In this document: piece by piece, positions 11,892 through 25,784 of the stretch
Numbering within the stretch: position 1 is the stretch's first letter
How the letters are laid out: every line of letters starts with the position of its first letter
Assembly: GCA_012295275.1 (NCBI GenBank)
Contig: CM022668.1
Coordinates: forward strand, 5,332,001 to 5,396,000
Reading direction: 5' to 3'
From: Chrysomallon squamiferum
Lineage: Eukaryota; Animalia; Mollusca
Length of the DNA: 64,000 nt
Notes under the pieces: model-generated
The model's input: the letters and a program-made list of their open reading frames with translations, nothing else
The model's database searches: none
What the model was told of the DNA's origin: nothing
Translations under genes and position numbers: made by a program

Positions 11892-14271
11892 TATATATAT
11901 ATATATATATATAGATATATATTATCCATATTGAATTCTTGTTTGTGTTATTGTTCTCTACTGGATACAGAAAAGTCATTTAGTAGTTTAAGCTGTCTCA
12001 GATCATTAACACTTTGTCACGTGACGCTATTATAGTCTGCTACCCTTTAGACCGGACGAGCCAAATTTTAGGTGTCAATACCACTCAGACTAGTCACCTT
12101 GACAGTATTTTAGTTTTAAATCCAAGCTAAATTTTATAGGCTTTTTAATATTTTGTTTCTTTGTTTTTGCATGAAAAGTAAAAGAATAAATAAACTCTGT
12201 TAACTTTAATGTTAGTGTTTCCTGTTAAAAATGAACTAACAGACATTTGGTAAATTTTCAAGCGATTCAACTATTTCTTAATTTTGCTTTGTAATATTTA
12301 TATTTTTTATTTTTGGTTTGTTTTTGCATGAAAGATAAAAACACTAAATGCATTCTGTAAATTTTAAAGTTATTGTTTCTTGTTAAAATGGATAAACAAA
12401 CCTGTGGTACATTTTCAAGTGATTGCTTTGTTTGTTTGTTAAGGAAGATACAATGATGAAATGTTCAAAATAATTGATTCTTAATATATGGAGTAGTAAA
12501 GTTGTTAATTTGTTTAAAGAAATGTAAAAAGTGTATGTTTGAAAATTGTATATAGTTCCTTGATTGTTTATCCACATGCATTAATGTTTCAAAGATAATA
12601 TATATTAATAACAACCTTGTATATAATATGAATCATGTAATTATTAAAGGAATTTAATTTTGAGTTTGAATTGTATTTCTGCATGAGAGTTAAAGAAGAG
12701 AAAGAATTTTGCCCGTTTTGAGCTATTTAATTTTATTTTGTATTTCGTATATATTCATATATATATCTAGTTTTACTGATCATAAATAGTCTAAATATAA
12801 TCAGTATATTTTAGACATATTATATTTATAAGATGAAATGAATTCTGTAAACTTTAAAGTTATTGTTTCTTGTTAAAGTGGATAAACAAACATCTGGTCA
12901 TTTTCAAGTGATTGCTTTGTTTGTTAAGGAAGATACAATGATGAAAATTACATAGATATTCAAAATAACTGATTCTTATTTTATGGTGTAGTAAAGTTGC
13001 TAATTTGTTTAGAGAAATTTAAAAAGTGTACATTTGATCTGTTTGAAAATAGTATCTAGTTTCTTGATTGTTTATCCACATCAGTGATGATATTTATACT
13101 ACAGATCTTAAAGCTGAAATAAATAAATACTTTATCAAATAATAACAGACGGTTAACTTTTTAATGTTTTATTTTTCTCAGCTGTATACAAATTCAAAAG
13201 CAACTCAAAAATACAAAAAGTAAAAGTCAACAGTTATTCCCCCTTATACAATAATATCTACTGCTAAATTTATCACGTACCAACAAAATGCACACATATA
13301 TACTATTGCAGTTATTAATTTGCTTTCATTTATTACTTCTGTTTGTTTTTGTGTTGCTCTTTCTATTACATCAATCAACTCACAAAGCTAAAACATTTTA
13401 ATAAACATTCATGCATTCATTTTGAATTTCATGATGCAGTTTCTTTTAACAATGGTTTATTTAAATCAGCTTATTTTATTTGCATTCACACTAACATAAA
13501 TTAATATGTAACAAGCATTAACGAGTTCACTTTGATTTTCTTTTCATTTGGTTTAAAATGATGTTTTATTTAAATCAGTCTATTTAATTTGCATTCAAAC
13601 TAACTTAAACCAGTTAGACATATTTTCTTGTGAGTGTCTAGTTTCAAACTGAATACTTTTAGATATATAACCGATGATTTTGATGTGGTGAAGTTAATTT
13701 TGTTATCACAATGCCACAATTTAAAACACTTCATTTATATTACTCTTTTGTTTATTACATAAATCCAGCATTTGTTTATTAAATTACTATTATTATTATT
13801 TTTACACTATTTTAAGGTAACAAGCAATTTTCCAAGTTATAGATTATTTTAGACATTTTATGTACAGTAGAATATTTTGGAAACCAAGCTTTCACCAGTG
13901 GCTCTATTTGAATTATTTTTGTTGCTTCATATTAGTATTGATGTTCGAATGTTTGATTTAAAAATATTTTCATAAACTAACTCTTGAATTTAAATATTTT
14001 TTCATTTGTATAGTAATAAAACATTTTCAAACCCAACACTTTTTAACAGATCAGATTTTTTTTTTTTTTTTAATTCATATTAAACAAAAGAAGAAGAAGA
14101 AGAACAAAGCAATGGCCATTGTCTTAGAATCATAAAAATTCAAACAGGTGAAGGAATGCAGATATTAATAAAACCAGTAAAATTAGGCAGTTACCAGCTT
14201 TTTAAAGAAGAAGAATCTGCCTTCTGCCACTTTTTTCTTCTGTTTGCCATGGATTTAGTTCTTCTGATTAT

Positions 14272-14310
<39 letters not shown>

Positions 14311-14376
14311 ATGCACACACCACGCTGACACATATACCTTCATATACATTTTCCTGTGGTTTAACATGTATGTATG

Positions 14377-14480
<104 letters not shown>

Positions 14481-15104
14481 GAAAATTCTTTGCCAGCTGT
14501 TTTTAGAATCACGTGGTTAAAATCTGTTATTTTCTATAGTTGTTAATTCTGAATATATCTGTTTTCTAAGCATTTAAAACATACTAAAGACAGTTCATTG
14601 TGATCCTACAGCAGATAATATCTTCTGTATTAACACCTGCAAAATGCAGCAACGTTGATTATAATACTGACAAATATTGAAATTTTAACAATATGTCATA
14701 TAGTAAAAGTATGTTTATTTTTTTTATTATATATATATATTTTTACAATAAAATAAGTTTTTGGATTTCATATAAACATCAGGACAGCAAAAAAACCCCA
14801 GGAAAACGAGGAAATCAAATAATACACCAATACATATATAAATTAATACATATTTTTATCTTAATTAACATAATGCAATAAAGTAAATTAAACAGGTCTT
14901 TACGAGAATTGTTTAGTAACTGTAGTTAACTGAAACAAACTGATAACATACCTGACCCCTCTGCCATACATGATTGACAGCTGGTATTGACCAATACTAA
15001 CGAGCATGCGTGCATCATCGTTTGTCGGTCATAAGACAAACAGGTAGTTAGACAACAATGAATCGTTTGTGTTATTGAATGCGTGCGGAACCCTAACCAC
15101 AGTC

Positions 15105-15250
15105 GTAGTAAAGAGATGTGTAACAGCGGTGATCGCTATCCAGAACGAATAGTTGTGTAAAATTCGTGTCTTTTCCAAAGCCACAATAAAATTTATAAAA
15201 GGTCTGAAATCTATTACTTTATACGGAAGGCCACAGGAACACCTGAATCC
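15105..15250 (+). mobile_element. Degenerate THAP-domain relic, probably from a DNA transposon
   Basis: Frameshifted pieces VVKRC / NSGDRYPERI / FVSFPKP / LYGRPQEHLN resemble a THAP N-terminus; locally higher GC; several stops. Confidence 0.4.
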
Positions 15251-17255
15251 ATTTTATTAGTGATATAAATTTGCCCTTTCGATATTCGAAGACACAGTAA
15301 ATGTTTTGATATAAAACTGATTCCAAGAGCATAACAAGATGTCACTTTACATACAGTTCACTGTAGAATAAAAACAATTTATATATACTTTTCTGACATA
15401 AGGTATATATTTTTTTCTGACATAAAATATTTTTTTTTTCTGACTTCATACAGGAAAAAATAGAATTATTTTATTTCAGGCAACAAACAGTACTAAAATT
15501 ATAAATGAAAGTTAACAGAATTAATAAAATATTTAATTTTTTTTTTTTTTTTTTTTGGTAAGATAAATTTATGAATAAAACAGCTGTTAAAATTTAATTA
15601 AAATAACTGTTACCACTTCTTTATTGGAATAAAAATGTAAGAAGTAAAAAAGAAAAAAGAAATAAAACAAAAAGAAAAAGAGAAATAAATAAAAACTTTT
15701 GAATAATTCATACAGTATTAACATGTCTGTTATTGCTTTTATGGATGGAAATTTAATGTTTTTAAAATGTTCTGCCATTTAAAAGAATAGTTAAAACTGT
15801 TCGAGTGAACTATAAGGCTGGAGATGTATTAATTCAATTACTGAATGAGAAAAATATATCAGTTATTATATCCGTTGTGTATATATTTACAATAAATATC
15901 TCATTAAAATAAGCAAAGTATACTTGTTGAAAATGATTAATGTATAGGGAAGTAACATTGTTACTTTATATTTATTATTTTGTATATGATCACCATAAAT
16001 AACACAGTTTAAAAAAATATTAAAACTAGATTAAATGAACAAACATTATTATTTTATCTGTTGGCTTACCTTGAAAGAAATCAAAACAAATCTAAAAAAT
16101 TAATATAACCAAAATTTATAAAAAAAGAAAAAGAAAGAAAGAAAGAAAATAAAAACCCCAGTCACAATGAAAACAGTAACTACTTTTGTCAAAGACCTAA
16201 TATAATTATTTCATCATGGATAAACATTTATACAAGAATAAAGACTAAGAAAAACAGAAAACATCTTATATAAAAATAATAAAAAATCAGAGAAAAGTAA
16301 CAAAGGCAGAATCTGGACTGTAATGTCCAGCTATAAGTTTGCATAAGCAGAAATTGTTTTACTTCTGATGTATTTCACATGACAAAACTCATTGACAACA
16401 CGCAACTTAAACACCAACTGTTTCTCTCTTAAAGTGTTTCTTTAATAGTGTTTCCTTTGATAACGTGTACACAGTATCTAAAAAACAAAACAATCAGTTT
16501 ATTAAGTAAATAAAAATTAAAAAAAACAAAACAAGATTAAACAGAAATAAATAAACAAATAGGTAAATGTAATAAAAATAACGTATATATTATTATTATT
16601 TGTATTTTCTAATCAAATAATTCATTGATACACCTTATAATCGGCTTATTGTTTAGAATCATCAGAATATCTTCCTTTGGTCCATTGAAAGTTACGTTAA
16701 AAGACAACAAATTAGTCCTTATATTATTATTACTGTTGTTGTTGTTGTTATTGCTATTATTATTTTCCAAAATATTAATTTCTGCTTCTTTGTAAATTTA
16801 AAATAAAATTAACTACTCAGTACTGCTGCTTTTCATAGATAGGTTTCAACAAGTAACTTACCACATCTCCAAATAATATTTTATTATTCATGGTAACAAC
16901 AGCAACAACGACCACCACAAAATTGACCAGTACTTTATAAACAAAATTGAGTTCAGTGATTAACCTGGGTTTGGTTTTGGATATAAATTATAATGAAAAT
17001 TAATGCCTACTGTCTATTTATTTCATATGCTAATATTGTAAGATATTTTCCCCAGTCTCTCACTGGGAAACAAAAATATACTAAATACTAAGACTGATGT
17101 TTGCTTACAGATGGGAAAATATATAATTTTATTGATGACGCCAATCTTTTAATTTTATAGAGATACCTGTACGCCCACATTGAAAGGAAATATAATAATC
17201 AGTTGTTCAAAGGTGTGACTTTATTTGATCTGTGTCTGTATCCTTTTTTTTCCAG

Positions 17256-20200
17256 ACAAGAACTGTAGATCTGAGACTAATAGATAAGAAAATATGATGA
17301 ACTTCATACGGTTGTTGAGTAAAATAGGTGCAGCATCATACTTTAAGCTAGTGAATAAACCAGTAAACTCTGTAAAACATCAGATGCAAAAAGCACCAAA
17401 GACTGTCAGAAGTGCAATCACGGTGAAAGCAAAGAATCTTTTTGGGGAACCAGGATAAAAAAAAAAAAAAAAGAGAAAAAAAACTGAAATTTAATTTGTA
17501 TCGTAACTTTATGTTGAAAAAATTCGATAAAAAATAATACTAATAATGTAGAAATATTCATGTAAGTGATCAGATTACATGTAATTTATTCTTTGAATCA
17601 AGGATTTCCATATTTTAACTTATCTTATTAGTTCTGTCAATGATTTCAACTTTTCTATTATTTATTTATTCCTTCAACAATTTCATCATTACTAATAAAC
17701 AAAATAATACCACAATAAAAAGGAAAATGATATATTATTAGAATACATTTATCTCCAATGAACTGATAAATATATATACAAAATATATTTACACTTTTTG
17801 TTTGCATTTTTGTGTGTGTGTGTGTGATTTTTATTTATGTAAAGTTCCACGTGCTGTTTTTATTCATGAAAATATTTTGGTTTCAGATCTTGAGATCAGC
17901 TTAAGAAAACGAAGTGCAGATGAAGCTAACAGAACAGGTAATTACATATTAAAACATTTCATTGCTTTTGGAGAAATTTATTTTTCTCATAATGAAGTGC
18001 AGAATAAGAAGATATTTGAGACTTTGTTGGTTTTTAAACAAAGTATAAATCTGTTTACTTCCAGTTGATTGTATTATTTGTTTTTGGAGGCCAGTCTTTT
18101 CTAATTATAATATACAAGAAAGTTTGTATTAACACTGCTCAAGTAAACTTACAGCAGTATAACATGAATTTAATGTGATCATAATACTGAAGTGCAATAT
18201 TGCTAGTCAATAACATTCCAATTTAATAATAAAGGTAATTTATTTCTAGTACTTTTTCATATGGCTTGAAGAAAATAGACCCAGTATCATACTTATTATC
18301 ATTATCATTGTGAACATTATTAATTACTGTTTTTTTTGAAACATGGGGAAAATTATACACCTACATTGTTTTATTCTTTGATATTTTATCATTATACTTA
18401 ATTATTAGCAAACAACTGACATCGCTAAACAAATAAAGAAATGACATTAAGCTGCATTTATTTTAGTTTTATGGCAGAACTTACTTTGAACTGAGTTACT
18501 TATTTATTAATCTTTAATTTTTAACATATTTTTTGTTGAAAATCTTCAGAAAGTGTTTATCGAGACGTCCAAGAACAGGATGCTGTCCCTTGCTACAAAA
18601 TGGATTCCAATCCCCGAGGTATGTTTTCAAATAAAGATTTTACTAATTTGGGATTAGCAAAAAGGGATCTTTTTTCTTTGGTCAGAAAGGTCTGTTAACA
18701 AAAGGTTCACAATATTCTGGTTTGAATGGGAAATAGCTTGGTTATAATTGGAAATATCCTTGTTCGACTGGGAGATAGACTCCAAAGTATGTTAACTAAA
18801 ATTGGATGTCCGTTGTATGAGGAATCAGTTTTATATCTTTTCAGATCCTGAAATCACCATGAGAGAAAAAAGAACACATAAAGCTAAGAGAACAGGTAAT
18901 TGTACATTTTATAAATTTTTCATTGCTTTTAGAGAAAACATTTTTCTAATAATGAAGTACAGAATAAGAAGATATTTGAGATTTTGTTACTTTTTGAATA
19001 GAAAGTATAAATCTGTTTACTTCCAATTAATATAATAATAGTAATAATAATGTAGAAATATTCAATAAAATGAAACCAGGTAAAAAAAAATAATAAAAAA
19101 ACTTTAAATGACTGAAGAATCATAAAACTGATAACTTAATTTGTATTGTAACATTATTTTGAAAATAAATTAATGTAGAAACTTTCCTGTAAATGATCAG
19201 ATGACATCAGTGTTTCTGTAATTTATTCTCAAGGATTTCCATTTTGTAACTTATTATTTTACTTCTATCAATTATTTCAACTTTTCTATTATTTATTATG
19301 CCTTCAACAATTTCAACATTACTAACAAATAAAATGGAAAATGTCAATATCTATTATTAATCTGTCTAATAATTTTTATTCGAATACTAAATTATTAGCA
19401 AACATTTATCACAATAAACTAATAAAATCAATAATTTATAAATTGAAATGCTTAATTTTACTTCCTTGTATTAATTAAGTCTTTTATTTTAATTTTTCTT
19501 CAGTGTATTGTTTGAAATGTGTAGATCTTTATATAAGTAGTGATTCCCTGGTTTCCTTTCTGAATTAAACAATTAATACTGTTATACCATTTTCACAATG
19601 TTTTCACTTACAAAGATCAGGGATTGTCTTTAGTTGTCTGGTTTTTTTCTTTCTTTTATTAATTATTTGTCTATTTATTAATTACATTTTGATTCATCCA
19701 TCATCATTATAATTATCATCATTGTCATGATTATATTATTATTATTATCATCATATTTGTTTATTTATGTTAAATTTTCTTAATTATTCATCACTATTTC
19801 ATTCATTTTTCATACTTTTCATACATTTTTTTCAGTTACACCTGATAGACTAATCGATGATATTGGTATTCAGTTCTTTGCCTATCGAACTCAGTTTCCC
19901 ATCTTAACACCACAAATAACTGATAGTTATCTGGCTATGCCAGCCAACCATTTCTCTGCAGTTTTGAATGAGCAATACCATATGGAAACAGATTTGTCCA
20001 AGGCCATGAAGAACTGTGAATTGACACAAACAGCAGCAGTACTGGAAACCATGTTTGGAATATAGCCATAAGGTAATGTTTTAGTTTGAAGTAAATCAGC
20101 ACTCTGAAAACACAAAACATTTGACAAATATTCTAGAGTTTAGAGTGAAAGGTTTAAGCTATTTCAGTGTCATTACCATTATCCCTCAAGATTTTATCAC

Positions 20201-20437
20201 AAATTTTCATTCACCACTGACTAAATTCCATTTCAAAATATTCACTTTAAATTGAAATGCTTAGTTTTACTTCCTTGTATTAATTAAGTCTTTTACTTTT
20301 ATTTTTTCTTCAGTATACTGTGTGAAATTTGTAGATCTATATATAAGTAGTGATTCCCTGGTTTCCTTTCTGAATTAAACAGTTAATACTGTTATATCAT
20401 TTTTGCATGTATACCAACAATGATTTATGTTTATATA

Positions 20438-20471
<34 letters not shown>

Positions 20472-21082
20472 AGCGAGTGTGTGTGTATCTGTGTGTGTGT
20501 GTGTGTGTGCGATTTTTATTGATTTCTAAAGTCTTATCTTCTGTTTATTTTTAATGAAAAGTTTTGGTTTCAGATCATGACATCAACACAAGAGAGCAAA
20601 GGACATATGAAGCTGACAGAATAGTTAATTTTCCATTTTATAAATTTTTCGTAGCTTTTTGACATTTTTTTTTCTAATAATGAAGATATTTGTGACTTTG
20701 TTACTTTTTAAACAACGTTTTCACTTACAAGGAACATTCTACTTCCAAAAATCAGCAATTTTCTTTCTTTTTTTTTGTTCTTTTTTCTGTTTGTCTATTT
20801 ATTTACTACATTTTGTCGTTTACTCATTCAATCATCATCATTATATTATATATTATTATTAGTAGTAGTAGTAGTTTTTATGAAATTTTATTTAATTATT
20901 TGTTACTTTGTTACTTTTTCGTATATGTTTTTTCATTTTAACGCATTTTTCGGAGAGTGAAACTAATTCAAAATCATCACCAAATTTACATTTTCTATGT
21001 TTACTTTTTTATGAAAATATTTTGGTTTCAGGTCCTGAGATCAACATGAGAGGGCAAAAGACACATAAGGCTGACAGAACAG
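17256..21082 (+). pseudogene. Scrambled caspase prodomain relic (copy B), no DEDs and no catalytic exons
   Basis: Exon-2 acceptor homolog at 17255 with short ORF 17294-17458; micro-exons 17887-17937, 18845-18895, 20574-20624 (donor lost), 21032-21082; linker exon 18550-18618; degenerate DD exon 19836-20072 with late stops; order differs from copy D. Confidence 0.7.
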
Positions 21083-21211
21083 GTAATTATACATTTTATA
21101 AATTTTTCATTTTGCTTTTGGAGAATATATTTTCTAATAAAGTAGTACAGAATAAGAAGATATTTCAGACTTTGTTATATTTTAAACAGAAAGTGTAAAT
21201 CTTTTACTTAG

Positions 21212-21251
<40 letters not shown>

Positions 21252-22303
21252 GAGGACAATCTTTTCTAATTACAGTATACGAGAAACACTGTAATACCAC
21301 AGGTCTAGTAAACTTATTAACTGATCTGTTAAAAAGTGTTGGGTTTGAAAGTGTTTTATTACTATACAAATGTTAAAATATTTAAATTCAAGAGTTAGCT
21401 TATCAAAATATTTTTAAATCAAACATTCGAACATCAATGGCCATTGTTTTGTTGTTCTTCTTCTTTTGTTGAAATCTGTCTTTTTAATCTTGTTATATAT
21501 TTTATATGAAATTTTTGTTTATACATTTGGTTGTGTTGGACATACAATGAAACTGCATTTAATGACTTCGTAACTTTACTGAAATGTATTTTAAAAATGT
21601 ATCAACACCAATGTGAATTAATTAAGTCAGTTTCAATCGATTGTTTTGACTGCTGGTTTATTTAAAACAATTTTACTTCAGAAATTAGTGCATGAAGAAA
21701 AAAAACATAATTCAAATAGACCTGTTAAGAATTGGATTTGAAAATATTATTATTACAATAAAAATGTTAAAATATTTAAATTCGAGAGTACAAAATATTT
21801 TTAAATCAAACATTCGAACATCAATACTAATATGAAGTAACAAAAATAATTCAAATAGAGCCACTGGTGAAAGCTTGGCTTCGAAAATATTCTTCTGTAG
21901 CAAAAAAAATCTAAAATAATCTATAACATGGAAAATTGCTTGTTATCTTAAAATAGTGTAAAATAATAATAATAGTAATTTAATAAATAAATACTGGATT
22001 TATGTAATAAACAACAGAATAATACAAATGAAGTACTTTTTGGACTCACTTCCATCTTCTAAAATCATATGACCTATCTTTTCTCTTATGCAGATAACTG
22101 TGTTTTTTTGGACATCGGGTGATGTTTAACATAATTATGTTTCTTTACGTTTGCCTAGTGTTAGAGTTTCTTTGTCTGTCTAGTTAGTGTCCGTGTTTCT
22201 ACATCATATGTCATTTCTGCAAGAAAACATTAGTTGTAATGTTCAAGCTCATTCCTAAGCTTCCCCTTTAATTTTCATACAATCCTAAAATTCATTTACT
22301 TAC

Positions 22304-24296
22304 TTTTCACCATATTCATTTAAAATTTCAGTCAGTTCTGTGATGTACCAGGATCCAGTTGATTTTGATCTGTACGCCACAAAACCTGGTACTGCGGCAT
22401 ATCCTATCAGCAAATCTGCTTCTTTGTTTCTTCATGTAGGTTTGTTTCTTCCTGTGGGTTTGTTTCTTCATGTAGGTTTGTTTCTTCATGCAGGTTTGTT
22501 TCTTCATGTGGGTTTGTTTCTTCATGTAGGTTTGTTTCTTCATGTAGGTTTCTTTCTTCATGTAGGTTTGTTTCTTCCTGTAGGTTTGCTTCTTGTTGTG
22601 GGATAGTTTCTTCCTGTGGGTTTGTTTCTTCATGTAGGTTTGTTTCTTCATGTAGGTTTGTTTCTTCTTGTAGGTTTGTTTCTTCATGTAGGTTTGTCGC
22701 TTCTTGTGGGTTGGTTTCTTCTTGTGGGTTTGTTTCTTGTTGTGGGTTTGTTTCTTGTTGTGGGTTTGTTTCTTCATGTAGGTTTGTTTCTTCATGTAGG
22801 TTTGTTTCTTCTTGTAGGTTTGTTTCTTCATGTAGGTTTGTCGCTTCTTGTGGGTTTGTTTCTTCTTGTGGGTTTGTTTCTTCCAGTGGGTTTGTTTCTT
22901 CCTGTAGGTTTGTTTCTTCCTGTGGGTTTGTTTCTTCGTGTAGGTTTGTTTCTTCATGTAGGTTTGTTTCTTCTTGTTGGTTTGTTTCTTCTTGTAGGTT
23001 TGTCGCTTCTTGTTGGTTAGTTTCTTCATGTGGGTTTGTTTTTTCTTGTGGGTTTGTTTCTTCTTGTAGGTTTGTCGCTTCTTGTTGGTTAGTTTCTTCA
23101 TGTGGGTTTGTTTTTTCTTGTGGGTTTGTTTCTTCTTGTTGGTTTGTTTCTTCTTGTAGGTTTGTTTCTTCATGTAGGTTTGTTTCTTCTTGTTGGTTTG
23201 TTTCTTCTTGTGGGTTTGTTTCTTCTTGTAGGTTTGTTTCTTCTTGTTGGTTTGTTTTTTTTCCTTGTGGGTTTTGTTTTTCCTTGTGGGTTTGTTTCTT
23301 CCTGTGGGTTTGTTTCTTCATGTAGGTTTGTTTCTTCTTGTAGGTTTGTTTCTTCTTGTGGGTTTGTTTCTTCTTCATGTAGGTTTGTTTCTTCTTGTAG
23401 GTTTTTTTGTTTCTTCTTGTAGGTTTGTTTCTTCTTGTGGGTTTGTTTTTCTTCATGTAGGTTTGTTTCTTCTTGTGGGTTTGTTTCTTCTTGTAGGTTT
23501 TTATTTCTTCTTGTGGGTTTGTTTCTTCATGTAGGTTTGTTTCTTCTTGTGGGTTTGTTTCTTCTTGTGGGTTTGTTTCTTCTTGTGGGTTTGTTTCTTC
23601 TTGTAGGTTTGTTTCTTCTTGTGGGTTTGTTTCTTCTTGTGGGTTTGTTTCTTCATGTAGGTTTGTTTCTTCTTGTAGGTTTGTTTCTTCTTGTAGGTTC
23701 GTTTCTTCTTGTAGGTTTGTTTCTTGTTGTGGGTTTGTTTCTTGTTGTGGGTTTGTTTCTTCATGTAAGTTTGTTCCTTCATGTAGGTTTGTTTCTTCCT
23801 GTGGGATAGTTTCTTCTTGTAGGTTTGTCGCTTCTTGTTGGTTTGTTTCTTCTTGTGGGATAGTTTGTTCCTGCCGGATAGTTTCTACCTGCAGATCCTC
23901 CCTGTTAATATCTGCTGTAAAATAAAATATCAAAACTCAAGTTCTGATATTTTAAAAACATTAATCTTTGTTGCAGGTGAACACAAACCCAAACAGATAT
24001 TTACAGTTATACAAATAATAAGTATTTTAGAGTGTATAAACACAAAAACTTTAACATTTTATCATTTGTGGACAATATCAGTAAGATTTTGTTTCAAACT
24101 TGTAGCAAACTGTTCATCCCCAAAAGATTGTTCTCATGTATTCAACAACAAGATGGCAATTTGCACATTATCAGGCCAAAAGAATAAGCTGTGCATAGCT
24201 AAGAACAATACCTATTCATGTATGTAGTTTTGAGAAATAATTATTAACTCCATTAGTGAATAATAATAATAATAATAACAATAGTAATAGTAATAC

Positions 24297-24358
<62 letters not shown>

Positions 24359-25784
24359 TGCCTATAATACATACCTGGTTGTTCTTCTTCACTCTGACAA
24401 GCCTCTATAAAAAAACAACTTTGGTTTCCCACTCATTGTTGGACATGACTCAGGTCTAAATAGTGCAGTCAATTCTCTGATCTTTACAGGCGAACCGTTA
24501 CATCCATATACCACACCTTCGTCTCCGTGTGATAAAATACAAACCACAACACATTCATAGACACTGTGATCAGACAAAGCCAAGCCCTTTACAGCTTCAA
24601 CCATGTCAGTGTCAGTCAAATTTTCTTTGTACTGGATGATGAACTGAAGATTCTCAAAAGTTTTTTTCAGCTTAACTACAAATGAAATTTATTTACATGT
24701 TTTTTAACTAGGTATGAATACTGATGTGTGTTAGTGTATGTGTAAGTTAGATTTGAACAAAAAAATATTATCTCTTTTATACACATTCTGAAAGGTGAAA
24801 AAATGGGATATAATTAATTATGTAAGTGAATACATCTCTCTACAAATATCTAAATATTGTATGAATTTTGTTTAAAAAACACTATGAATTATATATATAC
24901 ACACACACCTCATATACTTTCATTAATATTGCTTTTATTACAATTACTATTTTATTGTTATTTGTTGTTAGTATTAGTATTATTATTGTCATAATTATCA
25001 CTGTTATTGTTATTAATACTGTTATTTTTATTATTACTTTAGTTGTTGTTATTGTTACTGCTATTTTCTTTCAAAGTAAAACTTACCAGCATCTACATCA
25101 GTTCCCTTTCTTTCTTCCAACTTTTTACCTTCTGGCTTCTCTGGAAATGTGAGAAACTTTCTGTTGTTGATTATTAAACACATTCCTAGAATAAAACAGA
25201 GAAAAAACCACATATTAATTCAATGGAAATATAAAAATATATTTAAGGGAGACAGACAAAGACAAACAAAGAGACAGAATGAGGGAGAGATTCAGTGCTG
25301 TGAACGTGGAGAGCCCAGACTGGGTCTGTCTTTATGAATCACTCATCAAGATATAGTAGTGGAGTGAGAGCAGGGAAACATGACTTGTACACTGGGGAAG
25401 TCAAATCTCTGGTAGTGCAGGTCTGTGTAAGCAGTACTGAACAAACCCGTATAAGCATGATGTCAATAATAGTATCACAGTGTTAAAGGATATAAAAAGA
25501 GAGGCAAATTGATTCCTCATTCAATTGCCATCCTATTTTAGTTAACATACTTTGTAGTATATTTCCCAATCCAACCAGGATACTTTCCATTGCAACCAAG
25601 CTATTTCCCATTCAATCGAGAATATTGTGAATCTTTTGTTAACAGACCTTTCTGACCAAAGAAAAGAGATCCTTTTTTGCTAATCTCGAATTAGTAAAAT
25701 CTTTATTTGAACACATACCTTGAGGAATGGCATTCATTTTGTAGTAGTCAGCACTCTGCTCTTGGACACCTCGAAAATCACTTG
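22304..25784 (-). pseudogene. Inverted caspase copy C, catalytic exons only
   Basis: Exons 25784-25719, 25185-25087 (GMCLIINNRKF...RKGTDVDA), 24675-24375 (SHG; +1 in A7 run 24409-24415; EACQS at 24405-24391), 23914-22304 (repeat-expanded, frameshifted). No DED, DD or last exon found adjacent. Confidence 0.85.
22425..23870 (-). repeat. 18-bp coding minisatellite (roughly 80 units) encoding QEETN(L/P)
   Basis: Plus-strand unit approximately TTTGTTTCTTCTTGT(A/G)GG; lies inside the p10-start exon of copy C (ORF 22407-23933). Confidence 0.95.

Noticed and set aside
22328-23809. K-rich, LVGLF-rich and Cys-rich ORFs over the 18-bp repeat
   Set aside because: They are alternative frames or antisense translations of the same minisatellite; only the QEETN frame connects to a splice acceptor and caspase homology.
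22425-23870. CRISPR-like array
   Set aside because: Units are contiguous with no unique spacers, and the context is eukaryotic.
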